A stretch of 64,000 bases of DNA, taken from positions 62,041-126,040 of the forward strand of contig CAYJMG010000004.1 of the NCBI GenBank assembly GCA_964371355.1, written 5' to 3'. Under the pieces are notes generated by a model. The model saw only the letters and a program-made list of their open reading frames with translations, had not been told where the DNA came from and did no database searches. Made by a program: the position numbers and the translations under genes. Position 1 is the first letter of the stretch. Each line of letters begins with the position of its first letter. The DNA comes from an uncultured Dehalococcoidia bacterium. GTDB taxonomy: Bacteria; Chloroflexota; Dehalococcoidia; DSTF01; JACRBR01. This document shows, in pieces, positions 21,981 through 32,048 of the stretch.

Positions 21981-22362
21981 CGCGCCGGAGAGGCAGGCTG
22001 GCCGACGGTGACGCCCCGGCCAATTCGCCGCAACGTCCCTCGGACCGCCGTCCCAACGGCCGTTCCGTTCGCCAGCTGCGACACTTCCAGCTTGGCGAGT
22101 TCGGCACCATGCCCTCCTGTTGTGCGCGGACGGCATGCCAGCCAGGCGAACGGGTGCGCAGGGGTTTCAATGGCCGTTCTAGCGCGGCGAGCGGAGGTTT
22201 CGCATGGCCGGTTCTCTCGCCGGCGCGAGCGGTGCGCGGCAATCTATTCAATGGCCGGGAATCCATAGCGGAACCTTCACAGCGGCGATACATTTGTGAT
22301 GTAGTGAGGTCTGCGCCGGCGGCGTACGGCTGGCGGCTGTAGCAGGCCCGCAAGGAGTATCG

Positions 22363-24405
22363 ATGGAGACGTCTGTCGTCGCGTTGATCGTGATTGGCGG
22401 GGCGGCGCTGTTGTTCCTGCTGCTGGCGCTGTTCAGCGGGATGGTCGTGAATGTGGGCGGCCAACAGGTCGGCATCAGAGAACGCAAGTACTTCGGCAAG
22501 AGCCTGCCGGAGGGGCGCGTGGTGGCGATGCCGGGCGAGATCGGCATCCAGGCGCGGGTGTTGCAACCGGGGCTGACATTTCAGATCCCGTTCCTGTACA
22601 GCGTGACGAAGGACGACATGTTCGTCATAGGCGAGGACGAGGTGGGGCTAGTCGAGTCGATCGACGGGCTGCCGCTGGAACCGGGGAACATCTTCGGCCG
22701 GCGGGTGGCGAACCACGACTCGTACCAGGACGCCGAGGGGTTCCTGCGAAACGGCGGCCAGAAGGGGCCGCAGATCGACATCCTGCCGCCGGGCAAGTAT
22801 CGCATCAACACGTACCTGTTCCGGGTGCGGACGTCGGCCGCGGTGGTGATCGCGCAGAACCAGGTGGGGATCGTGAACGCGCGCGACGGCCAGCCGATCG
22901 GGCCGGGACGACTGCTGGCGCACCAGGTGCAGGGGCACCAGGGGTTCCAAGACGGGGAGGCGTTCGTGGGGGCGGGCGGCCAACGCGGCCCGCAGATCGA
23001 GGTGATGCTGCCGGGGCGGTACCGGATCAACTCCGACCTGTTCAGCGTGGAGATCCAGCCGGCGACGGTGGTGCAGGCGAACCAGGTGGGGCTGGTGACG
23101 GCGAAGGACGGCGTCCCGCTGGAACCCGGCGAGCTGGTGGCTTCGGTCACCGAGGGCCACAGCGACTTTCAGGATGCCTCATCGTTCCTCTCGAACGGCG
23201 GGCAGCGGGGGCCACAGTACGACCTGCTGAAGCCGGGGACGTACTACATCAACCCGTTGATGCTGGACGTGAAGCTGGACAACGTGATCGTGGTCGAGCG
23301 TGGCGAAGTCGCGGTGCTGGTGTCGAATGTCGGCAAAGAGCCGCGGCAAATGACGGAGGACGAGCGGCTTGGCTTCGGGCAAGAGCGTTACGTGGTGCCG
23401 GCAGGGTACCGGGGCATCCAGTCCGAAGTAGCGGGGCCGGGCGTGTACTACCTGAACCGCTGGGCGTACATCGCGTACATCATCCCGACGACGAACCTGA
23501 CGATCGACTGGGCCGACAAGGGGTCCATGGGCGATCCGGGAGAGCCGGCGGGAGGGCCGGGCCACCTGCAGCTCTTCAACCCGCTTGCCGTGATCAGCAA
23601 AGACGGGTTCGAGATGCGAGTGAGCGTGAAAGTCGTCATCCGGGTGCGGCCGGACCAGGCGCCGCTGATGGTGGCGAAGATCGGATCGATCGAGAAGCTG
23701 ATCGACAACGTCATCCACCCGATGATCGACTCGTCGTTCCGGAACCAGGCGTCCTCGACGGAAGCGATGAACTTCATGCAGGACCGCGCGCTGGAGCAGG
23801 CGAAGGCCGAGGCGCGGGCGCGGGACGAACTGGAAAAGTACCACGTCGAGTGCGTGTCGGTGCTGATCTCGCAGATCATCCTGCCGCAGGAGCTAATGGA
23901 AATTCAGACGCGGCGCGTCATCGCGGCGCAGCAGCAGGCGATGTTCGTCGAGCAGCAGAAGGCGGAAGAGAAGCGCATCGATACGGAGAACACGCGGGCG
24001 AAGGCGGACAAGCAGCCGGAGCTGGTGGCGGCGCAGATCTCGGTGCAGGTGGCGGAGCAGACGAAGCAACAGACCATCCTGACGGCCGAGGGCCGGGCGC
24101 GCGCCGTCGAGTTGGAGGGCGCGGCCGAGGGCCAGAAGATCCTGGCGGTGGGCCAGGCGACGGCGGAGGCATACGAGCAGCAGGTGGCAGCGGTGGGGCA
24201 GTTGAACCTGGCCGGGATCGAGGTCACGAAGTCAATAGCGGCGGCCGGGTTGAAGATCACGCCCGACATCATGGTGGGAGGCGGTGGAGACGGCGGCGGG
24301 GCGAACATCTTCTCCGCATTCATCGCTCAACTGCTGGCCGGGAACCGGGTCGCGCTGTCTGGCCCGAACGGCGGGACGCAGCCGCCGACGGCGCCGCAGG
24401 CATAA
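22363..24405 (+). CDS. SPFH/flotillin family protein with three internal 74-aa repeats
   Basis: N-terminal TM helix, repeats at 22639/22861/23083, SPFH domain (SKDGFEM...IDSSFRN), AEG-rich coiled coil. Confidence 0.85.
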   Translation: METSVVALIVIGGAALLFLLLALFSGMVVNVGGQQVGIRERKYFGKSLPEGRVVAMPGEIGIQARVLQPGLTFQIPFLYSVTKDDMFVIGEDEVGLVESIDGLPLEPGNIFGRRVANHDSYQDAEGFLRNGGQKGPQIDILPPGKYRINTYLFRVRTSAAVVIAQNQVGIVNARDGQPIGPGRLLAHQVQGHQGFQDGEAFVGAGGQRGPQIEVMLPGRYRINSDLFSVEIQPATVVQANQVGLVTAKDGVPLEPGELVASVTEGHSDFQDASSFLSNGGQRGPQYDLLKPGTYYINPLMLDVKLDNVIVVERGEVAVLVSNVGKEPRQMTEDERLGFGQERYVVPAGYRGIQSEVAGPGVYYLNRWAYIAYIIPTTNLTIDWADKGSMGDPGEPAGGPGHLQLFNPLAVISKDGFEMRVSVKVVIRVRPDQAPLMVAKIGSIEKLIDNVIHPMIDSSFRNQASSTEAMNFMQDRALEQAKAEARARDELEKYHVECVSVLISQIILPQELMEIQTRRVIAAQQQAMFVEQQKAEEKRIDTENTRAKADKQPELVAAQISVQVAEQTKQQTILTAEGRARAVELEGAAEGQKILAVGQATAEAYEQQVAAVGQLNLAGIEVTKSIAAAGLKITPDIMVGGGGDGGGANIFSAFIAQLLAGNRVALSGPNGGTQPPTAPQA

Positions 24406-24534
24406 GCGCCACGGGCGCCACCCCGGGGGTGCCCAGGCGGGCATGCCGAATCTGTGGGAATCATGGGAGCCGGGCGAGGTCGACGATCTCGCCCGGCTCC
24501 TGTTATGTCGCAGGGTTATCACCGCATTTCGGCA

Positions 24535-24542
24535 GCCGATAC
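24535..24542 (+). promoter_or_regulatory. sigma-28-like -10 element GCCGATAC
   Basis: Ends 9 nt before the HD-GYP ATG, no SD; -35 poor. Confidence 0.45.
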
Positions 24543-24551
24543 TTCCTCGCT

Positions 24552-25955
24552 ATGGGGGATCTCGCGCTTCGACGGGTAGGTGGAGCGGCGGCGGCGGCGG
24601 TGCTGGCATCGCCGATTCTGTTCCTGGCCGCAGCCCGGGCCTTCCCGGCCATCGACGGCCTGCAGATGCACTTCCACTTGCACTTCTGGATTGTGGGTGT
24701 GACCGCGTTGGCATCGGCGATCGCGTGCGCGATCGTGATTTCGGGAGCGAAGACGCTGCGCGAGACACGGCTGCTGTTCCTGGCGCTGGCGTTCCTGTCA
24801 ATCGCGGCGGTGTTCTCGGTACACGGTCTGTTGACGCCGGGCGTGATCAAGAACGAGTTCTACATGGCACTCGGTGTTTCCGCGTGGGTCAGCGTCATGC
24901 TGGGGTCGCTACTGGTGGCGCTGAGCGCGGTCGAGCTGCCTGACGGCGTGGACCGCTTCGTGCGGAAACGCGGCGGCATGATCTTCGCGTGGTTCGCGAC
25001 GGGCCTTGCGTCGTACATCCTCGTGAGCTGGAACATCGAAGGATGGCTGGACGACGTGCCGACCGACGACCGGACGGTGCAGTACGGCATCGCGTCGGCG
25101 TCGACGGCGCTGTTCGCGTTCGCGCTGTACCGGTACGCGCAGGCGTGGTTCTTCGCGCGGCTGCCCTCGCAAGCTGTGATGGCGGCTGCGCTCGGGCTGC
25201 TGGTGCAGGTGCCGCCGATCCTGCTCTGGGGGCAGGTGTGGCACCTGTCGTGGTGGGTATACCACTTCGCATACGGCGCGGCGTTCGTGGTGCTGTTCGC
25301 GGGGTGGGGGCTGGAGTGGCGGCGGGCGGGGTCGCTGAGCGCGATCGCTGAGGCGTTGTCGATGCGCGACGCGCTGGCGCAGCTCAACCGCGGGCGCGAC
25401 CAGCAGGTGATCGAGCTGGTGGACGCCATCGAGGCGAAGGACCACTACACCGTGGGGCACGTGCACCGGGTGGGGTCGCTGGCGTTCGAGATGGGAAAGC
25501 ATCTGGGGCTCGCCGCGACGGAGCTGCGCGAGGTGGTGCTGGCGGCGCAGATGCACGACGTGGGGAAGATCCACACGCCGACGGCGATCCTGCAGAAGCC
25601 CGGGGCGCTGACGAACGAGGAGACGGCGGAGATGCAGCGGCACACGCTGTTCGGGGGCGACATCGCGGGGCGCGTGCGGGCGCTGCGTGCGGTCTCGGGC
25701 GCGGTGCGGGCGCACCACGAGCGGTACGACGGGCGAGGGTATCCGGACGGGCTGCGCGGCGAGGCGATCCCGTTCGCGGCGCGGATCGTATCGGTGGCGG
25801 ACACGTATGACGCAATGACGACGAACCGGCCGTACCGCGAGGCGCTGTCGCACGAGGCGGCGGTAGCGGAGATCCGGCGGGTGCGCGGGACGCAGCTCGA
25901 CCCGCTGTGCGTGGATGCGTTTCTGGCGATGTTCGAGTCGTTGGCGGCGGCGTAA
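24552..25955 (+). CDS. multi-TM HD-GYP phosphodiesterase
   Basis: About 7 TM helices, then EAKDHYT, HDVGKI, HHERYDGRGYPDGL, VADTYDAM. Confidence 0.9.
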   Translation: MGDLALRRVGGAAAAAVLASPILFLAAARAFPAIDGLQMHFHLHFWIVGVTALASAIACAIVISGAKTLRETRLLFLALAFLSIAAVFSVHGLLTPGVIKNEFYMALGVSAWVSVMLGSLLVALSAVELPDGVDRFVRKRGGMIFAWFATGLASYILVSWNIEGWLDDVPTDDRTVQYGIASASTALFAFALYRYAQAWFFARLPSQAVMAAALGLLVQVPPILLWGQVWHLSWWVYHFAYGAAFVVLFAGWGLEWRRAGSLSAIAEALSMRDALAQLNRGRDQQVIELVDAIEAKDHYTVGHVHRVGSLAFEMGKHLGLAATELREVVLAAQMHDVGKIHTPTAILQKPGALTNEETAEMQRHTLFGGDIAGRVRALRAVSGAVRAHHERYDGRGYPDGLRGEAIPFAARIVSVADTYDAMTTNRPYREALSHEAAVAEIRRVRGTQLDPLCVDAFLAMFESLAAA

Positions 25956-25965
25956 GGCGCGAGTG

Positions 25966-26012
25966 AGTCAGTGCGTCAGCGCGTCAGTGCGTCAGCGTAT
26001 CAGCGCGTCAGT
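25966..26012 (+). repeat. octamer tandem repeat (GCGTCAGY)n
   Basis: gtcagtgc gtcagcgc gtcagtgc gtcagcgt atcagcgc gtcagt right after the HD-GYP stop. Confidence 0.75.
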
Positions 26013-26232
26013 GAGCGCCCTCTCCTAATCGGTTGCGCACAGAACTCGCGCGTGGACAGTGGGTTATGTGAACGACGATTGCACAGCCGGGGGCGGCTGT
26101 GCCACATCACCGGCGCGGGCCGCGGTTCCACTCGTGTAATCGCGGCCTCAGGCGAGTACACCGGCGTGCCCGTACATCGGGCGGCGATATACTTGGGCGC
26201 AATCCCGAATCTGACCGAGGAATGTGGCCCGC

Positions 26233-28026
26233 ATGCCGGCTGAAGTTCTCTATCGCAAATGGCGTCCGCAGCGATTCGCGGAAGTGTCAGGGCAGGACCT
26301 GGTGACACGGACGCTGATGAACGCCGTGGCGACGGACCGGGTGTCGCACGCGTACCTGTTCTCGGGGCCGCGCGGCACGGGCAAGACGACGACGGCGCGG
26401 CTGCTGGCGAAGGCGATCAACTGCGAGAAGAACCAGGCGGGAAAGAAGAACAAGCCCGGCGAGCCCTGTAACGCCTGCGCGTCGTGCAAGGCGGTAGCCG
26501 AGGGCAGCGCGCTGGACCTGGTGGAATTGGACGGGGCCAGCAACCGGGGCATCGATGACATACGGGCGCTGCGCGAGAACGCCGGTTACTTGCCGATGGC
26601 GGGGATGGACGCGCACAAGGTGTACCTCATCGACGAGGTGCACATGCTGACCGACGCGGCGTTCAACGCGCTGCTGAAGACGCTGGAGGAGCCGCCGCCC
26701 CACATCATCTTCATCCTGGCGACGACGGACGTGCACAAAGTGCCCGCGACGATCGTCTCGCGCTGCCAGCGGCACGAGTTCAAGCGCATCCCGACGTCCG
26801 CAATGGCGGACCGGCTGGCCTTCATCGCGGAGCAGGAGAAGATCGAGGTCCCGCGCGAGGGGTTGGAGATGATCGCGCGGGTGGCGACGGGGTCGCTGCG
26901 GGACGCGATCAACCTGCTGGAGCAGATCTGCGACTCGTACGGCAACACACCGTCGTTGGAGGCGGTGCGCGAGGGGCTGGGGCTCATCGCCGACGAACGG
27001 GCGACGAAGCTGGCGGTGCAGGCGTTGCACGGCGACTTCAGCGCCGGCCTGGACACGATCACGGCGGTGCGGGACGACGGGCTGGACCTGCGCCAGTTCC
27101 AAAAGGAAGTCGTGATGCGACTGCGGGAGCTGCTGCACGTGAAGAGCGGCGCGGACACCGAAGGCCGGTGGACGGCCGAGCAGGTGGCGGAGATGCAGGC
27201 GACGATCGCGGAGGTCTCGCGGGAGGCGCTGGTGCAGGCGCTGCGGGCGTTCGGGCAGGCTGACCTGCGGGCCGACCCGCTGTCGCCGCTGCCGCTCGAG
27301 CTGGCGCTCGCGGACTCGACGGCTCCACCACCGGCGCCGACGGCACGCACGGAAGCAACGCGAGAGCAGGGGCCGGTACAGCGGCCGGCGGCCGCACCGC
27401 CATCGCGGCCAGCGACACCGCCCGCACGACAGCCACAGCCGGCGCCACGGGCGAGCGCGCCAGCCTCCCGGCCGGCGGCGGCAGCTCCGGCGCAGCACGC
27501 GGAGCGCGTGCCGGATGACTTGCGGAAGGACCTGAGCAAGGCCTCGGCGGAGGACATCGCGCGGATGCTGGGGAGCACGGCTCCCGTCATCGCGCCGGCG
27601 GCGGACCAGCCGGCGGGCGATGCGCCCGCGCCGCCGGCGGGCCCGGCGAAAAACGGCGGGCACCTGGCGACGACGCCCGGCGGGAACATCGATCTGGAGA
27701 CGTTTATCGACCAGAAGCTACGGCCACTGGCGAAGGCGAAGGCGATGAAGTTCGACGCGCTGCTGAACGGGTCGTGCCGGGCGATGTCATACGAGAGCGG
27801 CGTGCTGACGCTGGGCTTCTACATGGACGCGCACCACAAGAAGACGGTGGAGCAGACGCAAACGCGGAAGGTGTACGAGGAGCTGGCGTCGCAGATCTTC
27901 GGGGAGCCGGTGACGATCCAGTGTATCCTTGCGGAGAAGGCGCCGCGGGCCATCAAGAGCCCGCTCGTGCAGCACGCCGTGCAGGCGCACGGCGCGAAGA
28001 TCGTGTCGGGAGACGAGGAGCCGTAG
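26233..28026 (+). CDS. dnaX: DNA polymerase III subunit gamma/tau
   Basis: LYRKWRPQRF, GPRGTGKTT, IDEVHML, NALLKTLEEPP, SRC. Confidence 0.97.
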   Translation: MPAEVLYRKWRPQRFAEVSGQDLVTRTLMNAVATDRVSHAYLFSGPRGTGKTTTARLLAKAINCEKNQAGKKNKPGEPCNACASCKAVAEGSALDLVELDGASNRGIDDIRALRENAGYLPMAGMDAHKVYLIDEVHMLTDAAFNALLKTLEEPPPHIIFILATTDVHKVPATIVSRCQRHEFKRIPTSAMADRLAFIAEQEKIEVPREGLEMIARVATGSLRDAINLLEQICDSYGNTPSLEAVREGLGLIADERATKLAVQALHGDFSAGLDTITAVRDDGLDLRQFQKEVVMRLRELLHVKSGADTEGRWTAEQVAEMQATIAEVSREALVQALRAFGQADLRADPLSPLPLELALADSTAPPPAPTARTEATREQGPVQRPAAAPPSRPATPPARQPQPAPRASAPASRPAAAAPAQHAERVPDDLRKDLSKASAEDIARMLGSTAPVIAPAADQPAGDAPAPPAGPAKNGGHLATTPGGNIDLETFIDQKLRPLAKAKAMKFDALLNGSCRAMSYESGVLTLGFYMDAHHKKTVEQTQTRKVYEELASQIFGEPVTIQCILAEKAPRAIKSPLVQHAVQAHGAKIVSGDEEP

Positions 28027-28042
28027 CAGGAGCCGTTAGCAG

Positions 28043-28354
28043 ATGTCGATGAACCGGGACATGATGGCGAAGCTGGGCCAGGCGATGGCGCAGGTCCAGA
28101 AGGCGCAGGCGGAGCTTGCGGAGAAGACGGCCGAGGGCACGGCGGGCGGCGGCATGGTGCACGTGGTGTTGACGGGCGGGATGAAGGTGCAGTCGCTGAA
28201 GATCGAGAAGGACGCGGTCGACCCGGAAGACGTCGAGATGTTGGAAGACCTGGTGACAGCGGCGTTCAATGAGGCGCTGCAGAAGATCCAGTCGATGCAG
28301 TACGGGCAGCTTGCGGGGATCGCGGGGAATATCCTGCCGGGGCTATCGAAGTAG
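28043..28354 (+). CDS. ybaB: YbaB/EbfC nucleoid-associated protein
   Basis: GTAGGGMV, VDPEDVEMLEDLVTAAFNEA; dnaX-ybaB-recR synteny. Confidence 0.93.
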   Translation: MSMNRDMMAKLGQAMAQVQKAQAELAEKTAEGTAGGGMVHVVLTGGMKVQSLKIEKDAVDPEDVEMLEDLVTAAFNEALQKIQSMQYGQLAGIAGNILPGLSK

Positions 28355-28514
28355 TTCACGGTCCGCAGTTCACGGTTCACGGTTCACAGTGGACAGGCCC
28401 CCCTCACCGCCATCTCGCGTTACCGACCTCCGATGACACCACCCACGACAGGGCCGACTCACGACGGGGACAACGAACTGTGAACTCGCAGGCTCGGCCT
28501 GTAGACTCTGAAGT

Positions 28515-29129
28515 GTGAATTCACATCCTCTTGGTGCGGCGCCGCCTCCCGTTTCGAAGCTGATCGAGGAGTTTCACAAGCTGCCCGGGATCGGGCCGAA
28601 GAGCGCGCAGCGGCTGACGTATCACCTGCTGCGGATCCCGCCGGAGGACGCGCTGGCGCTGGCGCAGGCGATCACCGAGCTAAAGGAGAAGACGGTCCTG
28701 TGCTCGGTGTGCCAGAACGTGACGGAGACGGACCCGTGCGGGATCTGCCGTGACGAGGGGCGCGACCGATCGCTGATCTGCGTGGTGGAGGAGCCGCTGG
28801 ACATCCTGGCGGTGGAGCGCACGCGCGGGTTCCACGGGCTGTACCACGTGTTGCACGGGGTGATCTCGCCGATGGACGGGGTAGGGCCGGACGACCTGAA
28901 GGTGAAGGAGCTGCTGGAGCGAACGCGCGGCGGTGCGGTGCGGGAGATCATCATGGCGACGAACCCGAATCTGGAGGGCGAGGCGACATCGATGTACATC
29001 AGCCGGCTGCTGACGCCGATGGGGATCCGGGTGACGCGGCTGGCGCGGGGGTTGCCGATGGGGAGTGACCTGGAGTACGCGGACGACGTGACGCTGTCGC
29101 GGGCGCTGGAGAACCGGCAGGACGTGTGA
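28515..29129 (+). CDS. recR: recombination mediator RecR
   Basis: [12 protein letters not shown]4 zinc finger, [20 protein letters not shown]. Confidence 0.97.
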   Translation: MNSHPLGAAPPPVSKLIEEFHKLPGIGPKSAQRLTYHLLRIPPEDALALAQAITELKEKTVLCSVCQNVTETDPCGICRDEGRDRSLICVVEEPLDILAVERTRGFHGLYHVLHGVISPMDGVGPDDLKVKELLERTRGGAVREIIMATNPNLEGEATSMYISRLLTPMGIRVTRLARGLPMGSDLEYADDVTLSRALENRQDV

Positions 29130-29166
29130 GGTAGTGGACAGCTGACAGGGGACAGGGGACAGTAGG

Positions 29167-29190
29167 GGCCGCCAGTGGGCGGCCTTCGTT
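29167..29190 (+). terminator. probable terminator hairpin after recR
   Basis: GGCCGCC-agtg-GGCGGCC followed by TTCGTT. Confidence 0.5.
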
Positions 29191-29212
29191 GTTTATCGAA
29201 CGGAGGTGGGCG

Positions 29213-29707
29213 ATGCAGATCGTCGCGGAGCCGATTGGGTTTGTGCGGAGCCCGCGGGTGGAGGTTAAGGATGACAACTGGGGCGGGGTGGTGTCGGAGA
29301 TCGTCGTCGAGGAGGGGCTGGGGGCGGAAGCGCTGCGGGGCATCGAGGAGTTCTCGCACGCTGAGGTGATCTTCTATTTCCACGGGGTCGACGACGCCAA
29401 GATCGTGGCCGGCGCTCGGCACCCCCGCAACAATCCCGCCTGGCCGGAGGTTGGGATCCTCGCACAGCGCGGCAAGAACCGGCCCAACCGCCTCGGCCTC
29501 ACGACGGTAAGCATCGTCGCACGCGAGAGTAACGTCCTGCGCGTCCGGGGGCTCGATGCGATCGACGGGACGCCGGTGCTGGACATCAAGCCGGTGATGC
29601 GCGAGTTCCTGGCGCGTGGCGAGGTGCGGCAGCCGGCGTGGGCGACGGAGCTGATGCGGGAGTATTGGAGCGCGGGGCCTGACAGCGAAGTAAGACGTGA
29701 GAGGTGA
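29213..29707 (+). CDS. TsaA/TrmO-like SAM-binding protein
   Basis: PIGFVRS, RPNRLGLT, GLDAIDGTPVLDIKP; GGAGG RBS. Confidence 0.88.
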   Translation: MQIVAEPIGFVRSPRVEVKDDNWGGVVSEIVVEEGLGAEALRGIEEFSHAEVIFYFHGVDDAKIVAGARHPRNNPAWPEVGILAQRGKNRPNRLGLTTVSIVARESNVLRVRGLDAIDGTPVLDIKPVMREFLARGEVRQPAWATELMREYWSAGPDSEVRRER

Positions 29708-29836
29708 GAGGTGAGATAGAGGAGACGAAAGACCGCACTCTCTACGTTTTTCGCAGACGGCATCGGGTGGTTGATCTACACGCTCGGAAGTACCATCCCG
29801 CTCATGGTGGAGCAGGCGAGCAGGATCGGACCGAAG

Positions 29837-30886
29837 GTGGCGGACGAAGCGCCCCGGGCGGACGTGGGTGACGCGCTGATCGCGTACCTGCGGACGACGC
29901 TGGGCGACCCCGCGCTGGCGTACGCGTCGCCGCCATCTCCGATCACGGGCGGGTTCGATACGGCGATCTATGCGTTCGCGCTGGGTGGCGCGGATGGCGA
30001 GATGGCGGGGCCGCTGATCCTGCGGGTATTCCGCGACGGCCGTGCGGAACAGGCGCGGTTCGAGTCGGTGGCGCAGAACGCGGTTGCCGCGCAGGGGTAT
30101 CCAGCGCCACGGGTGCTGTTGTCGTGTGAGGATTCGACGGTGCTGGGCGGGGCGTTCACGATCATGCCGCGCGTGCCGGGCACGGTGATGCTGTCGCGGA
30201 TATTCGGCCCGGCGATGACGCGGATGCCGGTGGTACTGGCCCAGGCGCAGGCGCGACTGCACGCGCTGGACCCGGAGCCGGTGCGGCGGGCGCTGGCCGC
30301 CGGCGGCTTTGGGGACGAGCGCGAGAGCGCATACGGTGACGCCGCGTGGGCGAAGGTCATCGAGGCGATGAAGCTGGACGGACTGCGGGACGCCTGCGCG
30401 TGGGTCGAAGCGGGCCGTCCGCCGTCTAAGCGAGCGGCGGTGCTTTGTCACGGTGACTTCCATCCGCTGAACGTGATGATGGTGGGGAATACCGTCGCCG
30501 GCGTGCTGGACTGGGCGAACATGCGTATCGCGGATCCCGCGTGGGACGTGGGCGCTGCGATCGCGCTGTTCGGGCACGGGCCCGTCGACCTCCCGCGGCC
30601 GGTGGTACCGATCGTGAACCTCGTCCGGCGCTGGCTGCTGCGGCGATACGTGAATGCCTATCTTGCGCAGCGGCCGCTCGAGGTGGCCTCGGTCCGGTAC
30701 TACGAGGCCGTGCGGCTGCTGGAATTCATGATGGAGACCGAGGTCTACCGTCGGGCGAAGGCCGGCGCGATCGCGCCGACGACGAAAGCGGCGCCGTTCA
30801 ACGATCCGCGGGTGCTGCGGGGGATCGCCAAGCGGTTCACGGCGATCACCGGCGTTCCTGTGTCTCTGCCCGAGGACAGGGGCTAG
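29837..30886 (+). CDS. aminoglycoside phosphotransferase-family (APH-like) kinase
   Basis: LCHGDFHPLNV, VLDW; start uncertain. Confidence 0.85.
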   Translation: MADEAPRADVGDALIAYLRTTLGDPALAYASPPSPITGGFDTAIYAFALGGADGEMAGPLILRVFRDGRAEQARFESVAQNAVAAQGYPAPRVLLSCEDSTVLGGAFTIMPRVPGTVMLSRIFGPAMTRMPVVLAQAQARLHALDPEPVRRALAAGGFGDERESAYGDAAWAKVIEAMKLDGLRDACAWVEAGRPPSKRAAVLCHGDFHPLNVMMVGNTVAGVLDWANMRIADPAWDVGAAIALFGHGPVDLPRPVVPIVNLVRRWLLRRYVNAYLAQRPLEVASVRYYEAVRLLEFMMETEVYRRAKAGAIAPTTKAAPFNDPRVLRGIAKRFTAITGVPVSLPEDRG

Positions 30887-30918
30887 GGGCTAGGGATTCG
30901 CACGGCTACGCTGGCACC

Positions 30919-31950
30919 GTGAACAACGACAGCCACCATCAGTTCGCGGCCGGCGTGTGCGATGCGTTCGCCCTCGGCCGGGCGCGCGGAGAACTGACGC
31001 CGGTCGCCGGCGGGTTGACGCACCGTATGTGGCGGCTGGAGACGGACCGCGGGGTGTTCGCCGTCAAAGAGATCAACATCGACCCGACGGGGACGTGGCA
31101 GCGGCCCTGGATCGAGGGGGCGTTCGCCGTGGAGCGCGCGGCGTTCGACGCGGGCGTCGCAATGCCGCAGCCGGTGGTGGCGGCGGCGACGGGCGCGTGT
31201 CTGGCCGACGTGGCCCGAAATGACGGCTCAGCGGCGCCGGTGCGCGTGCACGCGTGGGTCGACGGTACCGGATTGCACCACACGGTCTACCCCGCCGACG
31301 TGGCGGCGAGCGTCGCGGCGACGATCGCGCGGATCCACAGACTGCAACTGCCAGCGGCGGAGACGCTGACCGAGGCGTTGCGGACTGGCGGCGAGGAACA
31401 CTGGCTCGCGCTGGCGGAGCGGGTCGAGCGCTCCGACATCGAGTGGCGATGGGAGTTCCAGGGGATCTTGCATATCGTGCGAGACCTGGAAGCGTACGTC
31501 GAGGGGACGCGCGAGGACACGACGCCGCTCATCATGGGGCATCGTGACGCCGACCAGAAGAACTGGATGCGGACGGTGAGCGGCGAGCTGCTGCTGGTGG
31601 ACTGGGACGCCGCGGGGCGGATCCACCCGCGACATGAGGCCGCGGGGCTGGCGCTACGGTGGTCGGGCTCCGGGTTGGGCGAGCCGGACTGGCGGGTCGT
31701 GCGCGCGTGGATCCAGGCGTACCGCGAAGCGGGAGGCGAGTTGGACCGCATCCAGCCGGGCGATCTGGGCGAATACGTGTCGGTTGCGATCTGGTGGTTC
31801 GAGTACAACCTGCGGCGGGCGCTGGGGGAACGGGCGCGGGATGAGGCCGACCGGCGGTTGGGCGCGGAGATGGCGCGGCGTGAGTTCAAGTCACTGCCGC
31901 GGCTGATGGGATCACTCGAGCGCTGGGAGCGGCTGCTGGGCGAGGAGTAG
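30919..31950 (+). CDS. APH-like phosphotransferase
   Basis: GGLTHRMWRL, FAVKE, GHRDADQKN, LVDWD; TACGCT 6 nt before the GTG. Confidence 0.83.
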   Translation: MNNDSHHQFAAGVCDAFALGRARGELTPVAGGLTHRMWRLETDRGVFAVKEINIDPTGTWQRPWIEGAFAVERAAFDAGVAMPQPVVAAATGACLADVARNDGSAAPVRVHAWVDGTGLHHTVYPADVAASVAATIARIHRLQLPAAETLTEALRTGGEEHWLALAERVERSDIEWRWEFQGILHIVRDLEAYVEGTREDTTPLIMGHRDADQKNWMRTVSGELLLVDWDAAGRIHPRHEAAGLALRWSGSGLGEPDWRVVRAWIQAYREAGGELDRIQPGDLGEYVSVAIWWFEYNLRRALGERARDEADRRLGAEMARREFKSLPRLMGSLERWERLLGEE

Positions 31951-32048
31951 CCGGAGTGGACAGTGGACAGTCGACCTTCGACGGATGGGCTGGACGAAGC
32001 CCGTCGTACCCGTGCCCTCAGAGTGATTGATCGCCTACCCTGCGCGGG

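Noticed and set aside
21981-22362. ECF promoter or ncRNA upstream of the SPFH gene (GGAACC near 22270)
   Set aside because: No convincing -10 at the expected spacing and no recognisable RNA structure
25956-26232. SRP RNA (ffs), often found upstream of dnaX
   Set aside because: No conserved SRP domain IV sequence (CAGG..GGAA..AGCAG) visible
29837-31950. Antibiotic resistance cluster (two APH-like genes; also the beta-lactamase-family gene at 60728)
   Set aside because: Only superfamily-level motifs; such kinases and serine hydrolases are mostly metabolic
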